From an uncultured Lachnospiraceae bacterium (GTDB lineage Bacteria; Bacillota; Clostridia; Lachnospirales; Lachnospiraceae): a stretch of DNA of 64,000 bases. Positions 51,694 through 61,196 of this stretch are shown in pieces. The position numbers were made by a program, and so were the translations under genes. The stretch's first letter is position 1. The number at the start of each line of letters is the position of its first letter. The stretch lies in NCBI GenBank assembly GCA_902762905.1, contig CACWQE010000006.1, positions 113-64,112 on the forward strand. Reading direction: 5' to 3'. The notes below the pieces were generated by a model. It did no database searches and had not been told where the DNA came from. It saw nothing but the letters and a program-made list of their open reading frames with translations.

Positions 51694-52449
51694 ATGTCGC
51701 TTCATAAGGAACTTGTCTACAAAGAATTTGTACAAAGAGAAAATGATATCTTGCGGGCCCCTTACAACGCAGAATTAGAATTTTATGATGCTATCAAATC
51801 CGGAAATCTAAAAAAGGTCCGAGAACTATGTCTCGAACCTTTAATGGATAAAGCAGGGCTTGGAACCCTTTCTCTGAATCCTCTACAGAATATGAAATTT
51901 CATTTTGTTATTACAACTGCTCTCGTAGCCCGTTATTGTATTGAAGGCGGCATGGAGTTATCCGCCGCTTATAGTCTTAGCGACTTCTATATTCAAAAAG
52001 CAGATTCCTGCAAAACTGCAAAAGCAGTCTCAGATCTGCATCCAGTCATGTGCGAAGACTATACCAAACGTATGCGTTCCCTTCGCAAGAAAAAAATCTG
52101 TTCCAAACAGATTGCTGAATGCCTGGATTATATTTACGATCATTTACATACCCGAATTACCATAGATACATTAGCTGCTCACGTTCACCTAAGTCCTGCT
52201 TATCTTTCTAAATTATTCAAAAAAGAAACCGGTAGTACAATCAGCAGTTACATTCTATCTACCAAGATTGAAACAGCTCAGAATATGCTAACTTACTCCA
52301 ACTACAGTATCTCACAGATTGCTTCCACCCTAGCATTTCCAAACCAAAGCTATTTTGCAGAAAATTTCCGTAAGCAGACCGGTACTACACCCAGTCAATA
52401 TCGTTCCAATGCACTCCGGTCTACCACACTTGGCAAACACAACTTATAA
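51694..52449 (+). CDS. AraC-family transcriptional regulator
   Basis: The C-terminal double HTH (TIDTLAAHVHLSPAYLSKLFKKETG...SISQIASTLAFPNQSYFAENFRKQTGTTPSQYR) matches the AraC family. The gene is divergent from the GH5/GH16 genes. Confidence 0.88.
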   Translation: MSLHKELVYKEFVQRENDILRAPYNAELEFYDAIKSGNLKKVRELCLEPLMDKAGLGTLSLNPLQNMKFHFVITTALVARYCIEGGMELSAAYSLSDFYIQKADSCKTAKAVSDLHPVMCEDYTKRMRSLRKKKICSKQIAECLDYIYDHLHTRITIDTLAAHVHLSPAYLSKLFKKETGSTISSYILSTKIETAQNMLTYSNYSISQIASTLAFPNQSYFAENFRKQTGTTPSQYRSNALRSTTLGKHNL

Positions 52450-53172
52450 TTGTTCAAATACTTCGCCAATCTTCTCCCGGATCAACAGATCTGCATGCAC
52501 ATCTTTCGTCGTACGATCCATGTTGATCACTACCAAATGCTTACCGTGGAAATAATCAATGAATCCTGCTGCCGGATATACCGCAAGTGATGTACCTCCA
52601 ATGATCAATACTTCTGCATCCTTAATATACTGTACTGCCTTCTGCATTGTCTCATAATCAAGTCCTTCTTCATATAACACGACATCAGGTTTCACAATTC
52701 CACCGCACTCACATCTTGGTACGCCTTCGGATTCCACAATATATTCTACTGGATAGAACTTACCGCACTGTTCACAATAGTTGCGATGTACACTTCCATG
52801 CAATTCTAATACTTCCTTACTTCCTGCGGCATAATGCAGACCATCTATATTCTGCGTGATCACCGCCCGAACTTTGCCTTCCTGTTCTAACTGTGCTAAC
52901 TTCTTATGTGCCGCATTCGGCTTTGCATCTAATGCGATCATCTTATTCTTATAGAATTCAAAGAACTCATCCGTATGCTGCCGGAAGAAACTATGGCTAA
53001 CCATCACTTCTGGTGGATACTTATACTTCTGGTTATACAAGCCGTCTACACTACGGAAATCCGGTATTCCACTTTCCGTGGACACTCCCGCACCTCCAAA
53101 GAATACAATATTATCACTCTCTGCAACAATCTCTTGTAACTGTGCGATCTTCTCCTGTGATTCTTCTCTCAC
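52444..53172 (-). CDS. cobB: NAD-dependent protein deacylase (Sir2 family)
   Basis: The motifs GAGVSTESGIPDFRS, ITQNIDGLH and a Zn ribbon (C..C...C.CGG) are present. Confidence 0.9.
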   Translation of the reverse strand: MREESQEKIAQLQEIVAESDNIVFFGGAGVSTESGIPDFRSVDGLYNQKYKYPPEVMVSHSFFRQHTDEFFEFYKNKMIALDAKPNAAHKKLAQLEQEGKVRAVITQNIDGLHYAAGSKEVLELHGSVHRNYCEQCGKFYPVEYIVESEGVPRCECGGIVKPDVVLYEEGLDYETMQKAVQYIKDAEVLIIGGTSLAVYPAAGFIDYFHGKHLVVINMDRTTKDVHADLLIREKIGEVFEQL

Positions 53173-53223
53173 AAGACATCACCTCCAACTGTAATATGCA
53201 CTTCACACCCACCAACTAAAACT

Positions 53224-53496
53224 CTATATCTGTGGCAAGCCAAATCCATCCTGAAATGCTTTGCTGATATGTGCCATGGCTTCCTGCTCGTCCGTGCCTT
53301 CACATATAATCTCTATCTCATCTCCCTGCTGGATTCTTGCCGCTAATACCCCTAACACACTCTTTGCATTTGCTGTCTGATATCCTTTCTTAATCTGAAT
53401 CTTTGATTCAAACTTAAGACACAACTCACACAACTGCCCTGCCGGACGCAAATGTAAACCAGAAGGTTCGGTAACCACAATCTTTTGTGCTACCAT
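53224..53496 (-). CDS. HPr-family phosphocarrier protein
   Basis: The 90-aa product has the His15 context GLHLRPAG and the Ser46 context AKSVLGVL. Confidence 0.85.
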   Translation of the reverse strand: MVAQKIVVTEPSGLHLRPAGQLCELCLKFESKIQIKKGYQTANAKSVLGVLAARIQQGDEIEIICEGTDEQEAMAHISKAFQDGFGLPQI

Positions 53497-53519
53497 ATCA
53501 ATCCCTCCTCCTATTCTGC

Positions 53520-54749
53520 CTATTGTATTTGTGTGATCTCCAACTCAGTCTCTATGCTGTCTAATATCTCAATTCCTTTTAATTCTTTGAAACTTACTGT
53601 AAACTTATAAGTTCCGGCTCCATATCCCGTCACATCAATACTTGGAATCAGATTGGTCACTTTAAGACTCTCCAGATCCTGACTTAATCCTTTCACCTTC
53701 AAGGTATAACTGATATTCTGTGTAAAATCATAATTCAGATCATCTGACTTACCAACAATATTAATCTCATCCGCATTGATCACTAATGTCTTCTCTTCTA
53801 CCTTCTCAATTGCTACCTTAACCATGACTTCCTGCGTATCTTCCGCAAGCGTAATACCACTCGGCAGATAATCCGCCAACGTGATCGGTGTCTCCAAGTC
53901 TTTTGCACGATCTGTCACATCAATATCGTCAATTACCACTTCGTCTACTTTTGCAAGATCTGCTGCTTCGCCCACTACTAAAATACTGGTTGGTTGATAA
54001 TCCACACTGGCAATCGCATATCCGGCTTTCGGTTCCCCGGTTGTCTTGACTCTTACATCCAATTCTTTCGTCTTAAGAACTTCTACCGAAACCTCTACTT
54101 CCTTCACATCATAATCAAACTTGGACGAATCAATCTCATCACCGCTCTTATCTAAAAATACTGGTGTCGCGTATGCAGAAAGGCTTGAACTTGCCCCCTT
54201 CACATCTACATCTACAACAACCTCTTCAATCGTATTCACAACACTCTCTGCGCCTTTCACCGTAATCAGATTCGGCGATGCCGTCTTATTACGGATCGCA
54301 TATCCATCTGCCACATCAGACTTGGCACGAACTGTGATTGGAAGCTGTTTTTCTAACTTATCCTCTACCGCAACATTAATTGCACTCTCTGTATAGGAAA
54401 TTGTAAGCTCCTTCGCTACATAACTGCTAACCGCTGACACGTTAATTGCAACTGCATTTGTTACCGACATCTTCGACAGATCTGCAACCGCCTTGAAATC
54501 TTCATTCGTCAATTTCTCAACAACACTTCTCCGTCCTTTCACAACAATATCTATCGTTGTTCCATCCGGTACCTCGTATACTTTATTCTTTTCCGTAATG
54601 GCATCCCCATTTGTAAATTCAATCTGTATTCCGGAAATCTGTTTCGTCGTTGTATAATCATCTACATTCGCAACAATAATCCATATCAAAATAGCAATGA
54701 TTAACGATAACACTTTCAATCCGAAATGATCAAGAATTCGATTTTTCAT
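53520..54749 (-). CDS. cdaR: YbbR-domain protein (CdaR-like regulator of diadenylate cyclase)
   Basis: It has an N-terminal TM anchor followed by repeated YbbR-like beta modules. It lies immediately downstream of cdaA and overlaps it. Confidence 0.8.
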   Translation of the reverse strand: MKNRILDHFGLKVLSLIIAILIWIIVANVDDYTTTKQISGIQIEFTNGDAITEKNKVYEVPDGTTIDIVVKGRRSVVEKLTNEDFKAVADLSKMSVTNAVAINVSAVSSYVAKELTISYTESAINVAVEDKLEKQLPITVRAKSDVADGYAIRNKTASPNLITVKGAESVVNTIEEVVVDVDVKGASSSLSAYATPVFLDKSGDEIDSSKFDYDVKEVEVSVEVLKTKELDVRVKTTGEPKAGYAIASVDYQPTSILVVGEAADLAKVDEVVIDDIDVTDRAKDLETPITLADYLPSGITLAEDTQEVMVKVAIEKVEEKTLVINADEINIVGKSDDLNYDFTQNISYTLKVKGLSQDLESLKVTNLIPSIDVTGYGAGTYKFTVSFKELKGIEILDSIETELEITQIQ

Positions 54750-55605
54750 GTTTACCAAGACCTTTCCACCACTTCATTTTTCCGGTAATTGGTTCATTCT
54801 TACTTAATTCTTCTATCTTCTTTGGGAAACTCTCTCTTGTAAGTCCCCGATACAGGGTTCCATTATACGCAAGAGATACTCCACCGGTCTCTTCCGATAC
54901 AATAACTGTAATACTGTCTGACACCTCACTGACACCGATTCCTGCCCTGTGTCTGGTTCCCAACGACTTGTTGATATCCAGATTATCCGATAACGGCAGA
55001 TAACACGTTGCACTGACAATCCGGTTATCCCGAATTAGCACCGCTCCATCATGCAACGGTGTATTATGTTCAAAAATATTGATCAAAAGCTGACTAGACA
55101 CTTCTGCATCAATCGTAATGCCGGTTCTTTCATAATCTCCTAATCGGACATCCTGTTCTAAGACAATCAACGCTCCTGTCTTTACTTCAGCCATTGCAAA
55201 TGTCGCCTTTGTAATCTCATTGAGCATCTTACGATCCAACACTCTTCCCGATTTTGAATCATCCATTGTAAACAATGAAGATATGAAATTCTTACGTCCA
55301 AGCTGTTCTAACGCTCTACGAAATTCCGGCTGAAAAATGATAATAACCGCAATAACACCTACACTGATCGTATTCTTAAATATCCATAAAATAGTATTAA
55401 ATTGGAATATCATCGCGATCCCCGTAAATAACAATAACACCAATATACCTTTGATCAATGTCCATGCACGGGTCTTCTTAAACCAGTCCATAATGTAATA
55501 GATTAAAATTGCAATAATCGCAATCTCGATCACATCCGTTACCGTCACATGCGGAATATAGAACCAGTCAAAATATGTTTTAAAAAAATTCACTAATTGC
55601 TTCAA
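54730..55605 (-). CDS. cdaA: Diadenylate cyclase CdaA
   Basis: It has three N-terminal TM helices and a DAC domain (DGAVLIRDNRIV, GTRHRAGIGVSE.SD...VSEETG). Confidence 0.92.
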   Translation of the reverse strand: MKQLVNFFKTYFDWFYIPHVTVTDVIEIAIIAILIYYIMDWFKKTRAWTLIKGILVLLLFTGIAMIFQFNTILWIFKNTISVGVIAVIIIFQPEFRRALEQLGRKNFISSLFTMDDSKSGRVLDRKMLNEITKATFAMAEVKTGALIVLEQDVRLGDYERTGITIDAEVSSQLLINIFEHNTPLHDGAVLIRDNRIVSATCYLPLSDNLDINKSLGTRHRAGIGVSEVSDSITVIVSEETGGVSLAYNGTLYRGLTRESFPKKIEELSKNEPITGKMKWWKGLGKHEKSNS

Positions 55606-55621
55606 CTGTTAACATCTCCAT

Positions 55622-56560
55622 CTAATTATGAGTCTTGGAATTAATATGTTTCACATTCTTATTGGATTCTGAAACTGACAACTTTGGAATTGCCTTAACA
55701 TAGTAATAATAATCATCATCTTCAAACTGAAGCACTTCTGTTCTCTGATAATCCACAATTCCTTTCCAAAATTGAAACAGAATTGCAATCAGTACTCCTA
55801 CAATGCTTTCCAACAGGATTGCTCCGATTGACATCTCTATTGTTAGTGTAATACTTCCAACCAAAAATAAAACAATATTCAACACACCTGCTACTAAAAA
55901 GGATACCATCCAAGCGTGTTCAAATGATGAACGATGAATCAGATATGCAATCAAAATCACAACAGCAAACACTACAATCGTTAAGATCATTTCTTTGTTG
56001 CCGACTAATTCAGCCAGCACATATTGAAATCCCTGCACTGCTTCGTCATCTTCCGTAGCCGCAGCCAGCACTTTGACCAGATCAGCAACTGCCCCTTCAT
56101 AATAATACAGAATCACACCAAATCCCATAGGAACAATTGCTGCCGGACCAACTAAAACCCCGATTATAACCGGCAATGCATATGCAAGATGACACACATA
56201 AAATATTGGCACTAACAATGCAATTACCCCGGACTTCGGAATAAACCGCATATATCCACAATAGAATACCATGATCAATGCAAAACTTAACAGTGCCACA
56301 TCAATGGACACTTTAAATGACTGCAATACAATCAGAATTGCAGAAATCCCGGTAATAATCTCCAATGGTAAAAATGCACAGACCAATGCAAGTAAAGCCA
56401 AAAGAATTCCCTTACTAAGCACTGCAAGATATCCGAACTGCGTACTAATTGAAAAGAAAATACACAACGCAAGTATCCCCTTGCCGATTGGAGTAAATAT
56501 ATAATCGTAGCGGCTGATAAAAGCCTTCACGTTATCTCTAAAAGTCAATAAAGCCGTCAT
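55622..56560 (-). CDS. Polytopic membrane protein of unknown function
   Basis: The 312-aa product has about 8 TM helices. It overlaps the upstream small membrane-protein gene by 23 nt. Confidence 0.55.
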   Translation of the reverse strand: MTALLTFRDNVKAFISRYDYIFTPIGKGILALCIFFSISTQFGYLAVLSKGILLALLALVCAFLPLEIITGISAILIVLQSFKVSIDVALLSFALIMVFYCGYMRFIPKSGVIALLVPIFYVCHLAYALPVIIGVLVGPAAIVPMGFGVILYYYEGAVADLVKVLAAATEDDEAVQGFQYVLAELVGNKEMILTIVVFAVVILIAYLIHRSSFEHAWMVSFLVAGVLNIVLFLVGSITLTIEMSIGAILLESIVGVLIAILFQFWKGIVDYQRTEVLQFEDDDYYYYVKAIPKLSVSESNKNVKHINSKTHN

Positions 56561-56978
56561 CGATCACTACTCCTCCTTTCGCCTTCACAACTTCCTTCTC
56601 TGCTTCTTCCTGCAACTTCTTCAGGTTATGATTATAGATAATAATATCCGATCTGCTATTCTCATACTTCTTAGCATAGATTACTCGTGCGATCAGCCAA
56701 TATACAAAGATCCATATTCCATAGATCAATAAAATACCCGCCACCATCTTCTTATAATCATATTTCAGTATATTACTCAAAATGTCATCCAGCCGATAAA
56801 CTACTATGATTGCCGCAAGAAGTACAAATGCAATCGATGCGTATACGACCGTCTTCAAAGCATTCAATCTGACATAATCAGCCTTGTAATAACAATGCAT
56901 CGGAATCTCTGTCTTGCCTTTTCTTTTCTCATAAATGGCAATCCGACTCATTAACTTGACATTCTCTTCCCGAACCAT
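56538..56978 (-). CDS. Small two-TM membrane protein of unknown function
   Basis: The 146-aa product has two hydrophobic helices flanked by basic segments. Confidence 0.5.
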   Translation of the reverse strand: MVREENVKLMSRIAIYEKRKGKTEIPMHCYYKADYVRLNALKTVVYASIAFVLLAAIIVVYRLDDILSNILKYDYKKMVAGILLIYGIWIFVYWLIARVIYAKKYENSRSDIIIYNHNLKKLQEEAEKEVVKAKGGVVIDDGFIDF

Positions 56979-57090
56979 AGGTTGCCTCCCAGCTTCTTAC
57001 TATCAACTGTTTCTTAGGCAGGTTCTGTAAAACCTACCCCAAAATATTCTATTATATTTACTTTCAAAAAGCAATAGATTTTACAGAGAA

Positions 57091-57564
57091 TCAATCATCC
57101 CTTGAACATTTTTCTGCGTCTATTGCCAAAACAAACATCAGTACATAAAATGCATCCTCTGAATTCACAACATCTAATACATACGTATCAGACAGATGAA
57201 AATATTCTTTTGATATAGAAGCAATCTTTCTACCATCTGCCCCTGTAATTATATAATCCCATTCCAACCAGTTTCCCTCTACGTGCCAGCCTCTATATTC
57301 GATATTATATTTAGGTTTGAAAAACGTCCACTCTTTACTGATGCAACCAAGGTATCTTCCCTGTTCATAAATCTCAAACTTTGGAAGAAAGGTAAGAATC
57401 TTTTCTTTTACCATCCCGACTTCCCTACCGTATATGTCGAATATTTTAAGGCAATGTCCCCATGCCAACTGCCCCTTCACCTCATACACCTTATTCCCAT
57501 CTTCATCTGTAATATCATAGCTGTCAAGCCATGAAAATATCCGTTGTTTAAATAATAAACGCAT
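57091..57564 (-). CDS. LURP-one-related / YxjI-like (tubby C-terminal-like fold) protein
   Basis: The start MRLLFKQRIFSWLDSYDITDEDGNKVYEVKG and the repeated beta pattern are typical of the family. The product is 157 aa. Confidence 0.6.
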   Translation of the reverse strand: MRLLFKQRIFSWLDSYDITDEDGNKVYEVKGQLAWGHCLKIFDIYGREVGMVKEKILTFLPKFEIYEQGRYLGCISKEWTFFKPKYNIEYRGWHVEGNWLEWDYIITGADGRKIASISKEYFHLSDTYVLDVVNSEDAFYVLMFVLAIDAEKCSRDD

Positions 57565-57575
57565 TCTTCCGCCTC

Positions 57576-59291
57576 CTATCTTTTATCCATATACGCCGCA
57601 GCCTTCTCCATTATCTCTTTCATAATTTCAAGATCCTTTCCTACATTTCCTGTCTCCATGGAATGATTGGCATTCTCAGTAAGATACAACGGCAATCCTC
57701 TTTTTTCACATTCTTCCTGAATCTTTGCCGTCTCCGCCCACGGATCAGCAGTCCCATGAAATACAATCCCCTCTTGTCCGATTGCATCAAAGGATTCTGC
57801 AACTGGTGTATAATATATCTGTCTTGCATTTATGTTATATTGCTTCGCATAAGCAGCCGCGACCGCAGTTCCCACACTTTTGGAAATAAACAGCACTTCA
57901 TTATATGTATTAAATTTAACTGCAGTTAATTGTTCCGTCGCATAGTGTAATGCCTTGCGAAATGCCTCTATCATCTTATCTGGATTACCTTTCACTCCGG
58001 ACGGTAATTCCCCATACTTTATCTCTATAATCTCATATTCCCGCTCCTTGGCAAGTTTCTTACTATAATATAATAATGGCTTATCTGTATGATATCCGAT
58101 TCCCGGAAATAGTACCGCCACTTTCTTTTCATCCAGACATTGAGTGATCAATCGCTGTAGATTCGCAATGGCAAACTCCTTTTCCATCGCATGCTTTTTC
58201 TCCTCCTCCGTCAATATATCATCCACTGCAAAACAGGCATCAAACAAATCACTTTGTTCACACTGTTCTACGCCTTCTCCAAAACAGCCTGCAACTGCAA
58301 TCACTTGTTTTCCATATTTCTTAGCAAGCTGTGCAACTCCTGCAGGGGTCTTTCCCATCAAAGTCTGTGCATCTAACCGGCCCTCTCCTGTAACCACAAG
58401 ATCGACATTCACAATTGCCTGTTCTAAACCAACCTCATCCAACACGATACTGATTCCCGACCGAAGCTCTGCATTTAGAAACATCAAAAATGCATATCCT
58501 AATCCTCCCGCTGCTCCTGCTCCCGGTGTATTACGGGTCCCATTCGGATGAATCGGCCCCATATCACACATTGCAATATGCTCCACCAGATCTGCAAACC
58601 GCTTCATAGATGTATCCATCGTATCTATCATATCTGCATCTGCTCCCTTTTGAGGACTATATACAACACTACATCCATTCGTCCCAACTAAGGGGTTGGT
58701 CACATCACATGCAATCTGAAATCGACAAGACGAAAGTTCCAACAATACATCCTCAAATCCAATATCCGCAATCTTAGAGAGTCCCTCTGCTCCATAAGCG
58801 ACCTCCTTTCCATTCTGATCAAAGAAATGATATCCTAATGCCTGCAACATACCAATCCCCGCATCATTCGTTGCGCTTCCTCCAATTCCAATAAGGAATC
58901 TTCTGCATCCCTGCCAGATAGCATCCCGGATCAATTCTCCGACTCCATATGTTGTTGTATGCATAGGATTGCGTTTCTCTTCCGGCACAAGCGGAAGTCC
59001 CGCTGCCGCTGACATCTCAATCACTGCTGTTCGTCCATTTTCCCCTTCATACCATATATAAGAGGATTCAATCCGTTCTCCTAACGGTCCTGTCACCATA
59101 CAGGTACGTTCCTTTATCTCCTTTTTGTAAGTCAACGCCTCTACCGTTCCCTCTCCTCCATCCGCAACCGGATAGACCTCTACCTTCCAATCTGAATGTA
59201 TCTTATGTATACCCGTTTTCACTGCATTGCCTGCTTCAAGAGAAGTCATACTCCCCTTAAAAGAATCAACTGCTACAACAATTTTTTTCAT
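57576..59291 (-). CDS. Glycerate kinase (residues about 1-380) fused to an alpha/beta-hydrolase-like C-terminal domain (about 190 aa)
   Basis: The N-terminus KIVVAVDSFKGS, PVADGGEGT and GGSATNDAG match the glycerate kinase family. The C-terminus has VAVLFPGIGY, a nucleophile-elbow-like ISKSVGT, HGTADPW and NANHSME. Confidence 0.8.
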   Translation of the reverse strand: MKKIVVAVDSFKGSMTSLEAGNAVKTGIHKIHSDWKVEVYPVADGGEGTVEALTYKKEIKERTCMVTGPLGERIESSYIWYEGENGRTAVIEMSAAAGLPLVPEEKRNPMHTTTYGVGELIRDAIWQGCRRFLIGIGGSATNDAGIGMLQALGYHFFDQNGKEVAYGAEGLSKIADIGFEDVLLELSSCRFQIACDVTNPLVGTNGCSVVYSPQKGADADMIDTMDTSMKRFADLVEHIAMCDMGPIHPNGTRNTPGAGAAGGLGYAFLMFLNAELRSGISIVLDEVGLEQAIVNVDLVVTGEGRLDAQTLMGKTPAGVAQLAKKYGKQVIAVAGCFGEGVEQCEQSDLFDACFAVDDILTEEEKKHAMEKEFAIANLQRLITQCLDEKKVAVLFPGIGYHTDKPLLYYSKKLAKEREYEIIEIKYGELPSGVKGNPDKMIEAFRKALHYATEQLTAVKFNTYNEVLFISKSVGTAVAAAYAKQYNINARQIYYTPVAESFDAIGQEGIVFHGTADPWAETAKIQEECEKRGLPLYLTENANHSMETGNVGKDLEIMKEIMEKAAAYMDKR

Positions 59292-59467
59292 TTTATATTC
59301 TTCCTTTTTATACTTAATAAATTACTTTCTGACATAAGATTATTCTTTTTATGTACATTTCTATTTTATCACACCCTTTTATAATGTGCTATCTTTTCCC
59401 TATTCCACCACTTCGCCGAATACAAATTTTCGTGCAAGCACGAATTTGTACCCAACTTGTTATCTAC

Positions 59468-59497
59468 ACAAAAAGAGCGTCTCCTTTCGAAGACGCC
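59468..59497 (-). terminator. Intrinsic terminator after metQ
   Basis: The minus-strand RNA GGCGUCUUC-GAAA-GGAGACGCU forms a 9-bp stem with a GAAA loop, followed by CUUUUUGUGU. Confidence 0.8.
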
Positions 59498-59542
59498 CTA
59501 TCTTACTTATCTAGTAACAAAATGATTTAATTGTACGAAACA

Positions 59543-60439
59543 TTACTCCTCAAATGGAATTACAGCTCCATCGTAAGTCTTATTGATAAAGTCTTTGATC
59601 TCATCTGACTTCAATACATCTACTAATGCTTTCACACCCTCGTTATCTTCATTTCCTTCTTTGACTACGATAACATTTACATAAGTCTTAGCTGCTTCGG
59701 AATCTGACTTCTCATAAGCAAGAGAATCCTTTGCGACAGAGAAACCTGCCTGCAATGCATAGTTACCATTCAATACTACATAAGCAACCTCATCTGCAAC
59801 TCTTGCTACCTGCTCTGCTGCTAACTCTTCAATCTTGATGTTATGAGGATTCTCTGCAATATCATTAACCGTTGCTTCTAATCCTGCACCATCCTTTAAC
59901 GTAATGATTCCGTTATCCTGTAATAAAAGCAATGCACGTGCCTCATTTGTAGTATCATTTGGTACTGCGATCGTATCGCCATCTGCAATATCATCCAAGC
60001 TCTTCTTTGTTCCCGGATAGATACCAAATGGCTCATAGTGGATCTTGCCAACCTGCACTAAATGGGTTCCCTTTTCTTCGTTGAAACTATCAAGATATGG
60101 TATATGCTGGAAGTAATTTGCGTCAATCTCGCCACCTTCTACTACTTCATTTGGTAATACATAATCGTCATACTCCGTTACTTCCAGATCCCATCCCTCT
60201 TTTGCAAGAATTGGCTTTGCTGCTGCAAGAATCTCTGCGTGTGGGGTTGCAGATGCCGCTACCGTAATGGTTCCCTTAGATTCTACATTGGCATCGTCGC
60301 CACTCTCAGAAGCTTCCTGTGTCGTCTGCTTATCCTCTGTTGCTGCAGTTGTGCTCTCATCTGCACTGCTTCCGCATCCGGTTAATACTCCTAATGATAA
60401 TACACTTACTAAAATACCTGCTAAAATCTTCTTTTTCAT
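59543..60439 (-). CDS. metQ: Methionine ABC transporter substrate-binding lipoprotein
   Basis: It has the lipobox LTGC and an NlpA/MetQ-family pattern (ATPHAEIL, NYFQH.PYL). It lies in the metNIQ operon. Confidence 0.88.
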   Translation of the reverse strand: MKKKILAGILVSVLSLGVLTGCGSSADESTTAATEDKQTTQEASESGDDANVESKGTITVAASATPHAEILAAAKPILAKEGWDLEVTEYDDYVLPNEVVEGGEIDANYFQHIPYLDSFNEEKGTHLVQVGKIHYEPFGIYPGTKKSLDDIADGDTIAVPNDTTNEARALLLLQDNGIITLKDGAGLEATVNDIAENPHNIKIEELAAEQVARVADEVAYVVLNGNYALQAGFSVAKDSLAYEKSDSEAAKTYVNVIVVKEGNEDNEGVKALVDVLKSDEIKDFINKTYDGAVIPFEE

Positions 60440-60533
60440 AATTCTTTCCTCCTGATTTTGATAATTAATTTATATGAAAGTAATATAACATCTCTGCTTT
60501 CCCCTGCTCTTTTGTCATATCACTATCATTTAC

Positions 60534-61196
60534 TTATTTTCTGCGATCAAACCGATCCGCTAATTTCATTCCTACAGTCTGGAAGATCTGGAATAAAATG
60601 ATCAATAATAACACCGTTACAATCATGATATCTGTCTGCCATCTGGTATATCCGTAACGGATTGCAATGGCACCAAGTCCACCACCGCCAACGGTTCCTG
60701 CCATAGCGGAATAACCTAAGATGGTTCCCAAGCTGATGGTTGCTCCCACGATCAGGGAAGTTCTTGCTTCTACCAACATTACCTTCATGACAATCGTAAA
60801 ATTGGAAGCTCCCATAGAACGGGCTGCCTCAATCACTCCGGCATCCACTTCTTTCAGTGAAGATTCTACCATTCTGGCAATGTATGGTGCTGCAGCGATC
60901 ACAAGTGATACGATCATGGCAGTTGGCCCGTAACTCTTACCTACCAACAATCTGGTAAATGGAATCAATACAACCAGCAGAATAATAAATGGAATACTTC
61001 TTACCAGGTTGGCTATGAAATCTAGTATCTTATATACGACTGCATTTGGATGAATCCCATCCCGGTCTGTCACGGTTAATACAATTCCCATCGGAAGTCC
61101 TAACACATATCCAAGCAATGTAGATACCAGCGTCATGTAAAGTGTCTCTCCGATTCCTACTATGATCATGTTTGTTACTTCACTACTCCACATCAC
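60534..61196 (-). CDS. metI: Methionine ABC transporter permease
   Basis: The 220-aa product has 5 TM helices and an EAA-type loop (EAARSMGAS). It overlaps metN by 14 nt. Confidence 0.88.
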   Translation of the reverse strand: MMWSSEVTNMIIVGIGETLYMTLVSTLLGYVLGLPMGIVLTVTDRDGIHPNAVVYKILDFIANLVRSIPFIILLVVLIPFTRLLVGKSYGPTAMIVSLVIAAAPYIARMVESSLKEVDAGVIEAARSMGASNFTIVMKVMLVEARTSLIVGATISLGTILGYSAMAGTVGGGGLGAIAIRYGYTRWQTDIMIVTVLLLIILFQIFQTVGMKLADRFDRRK

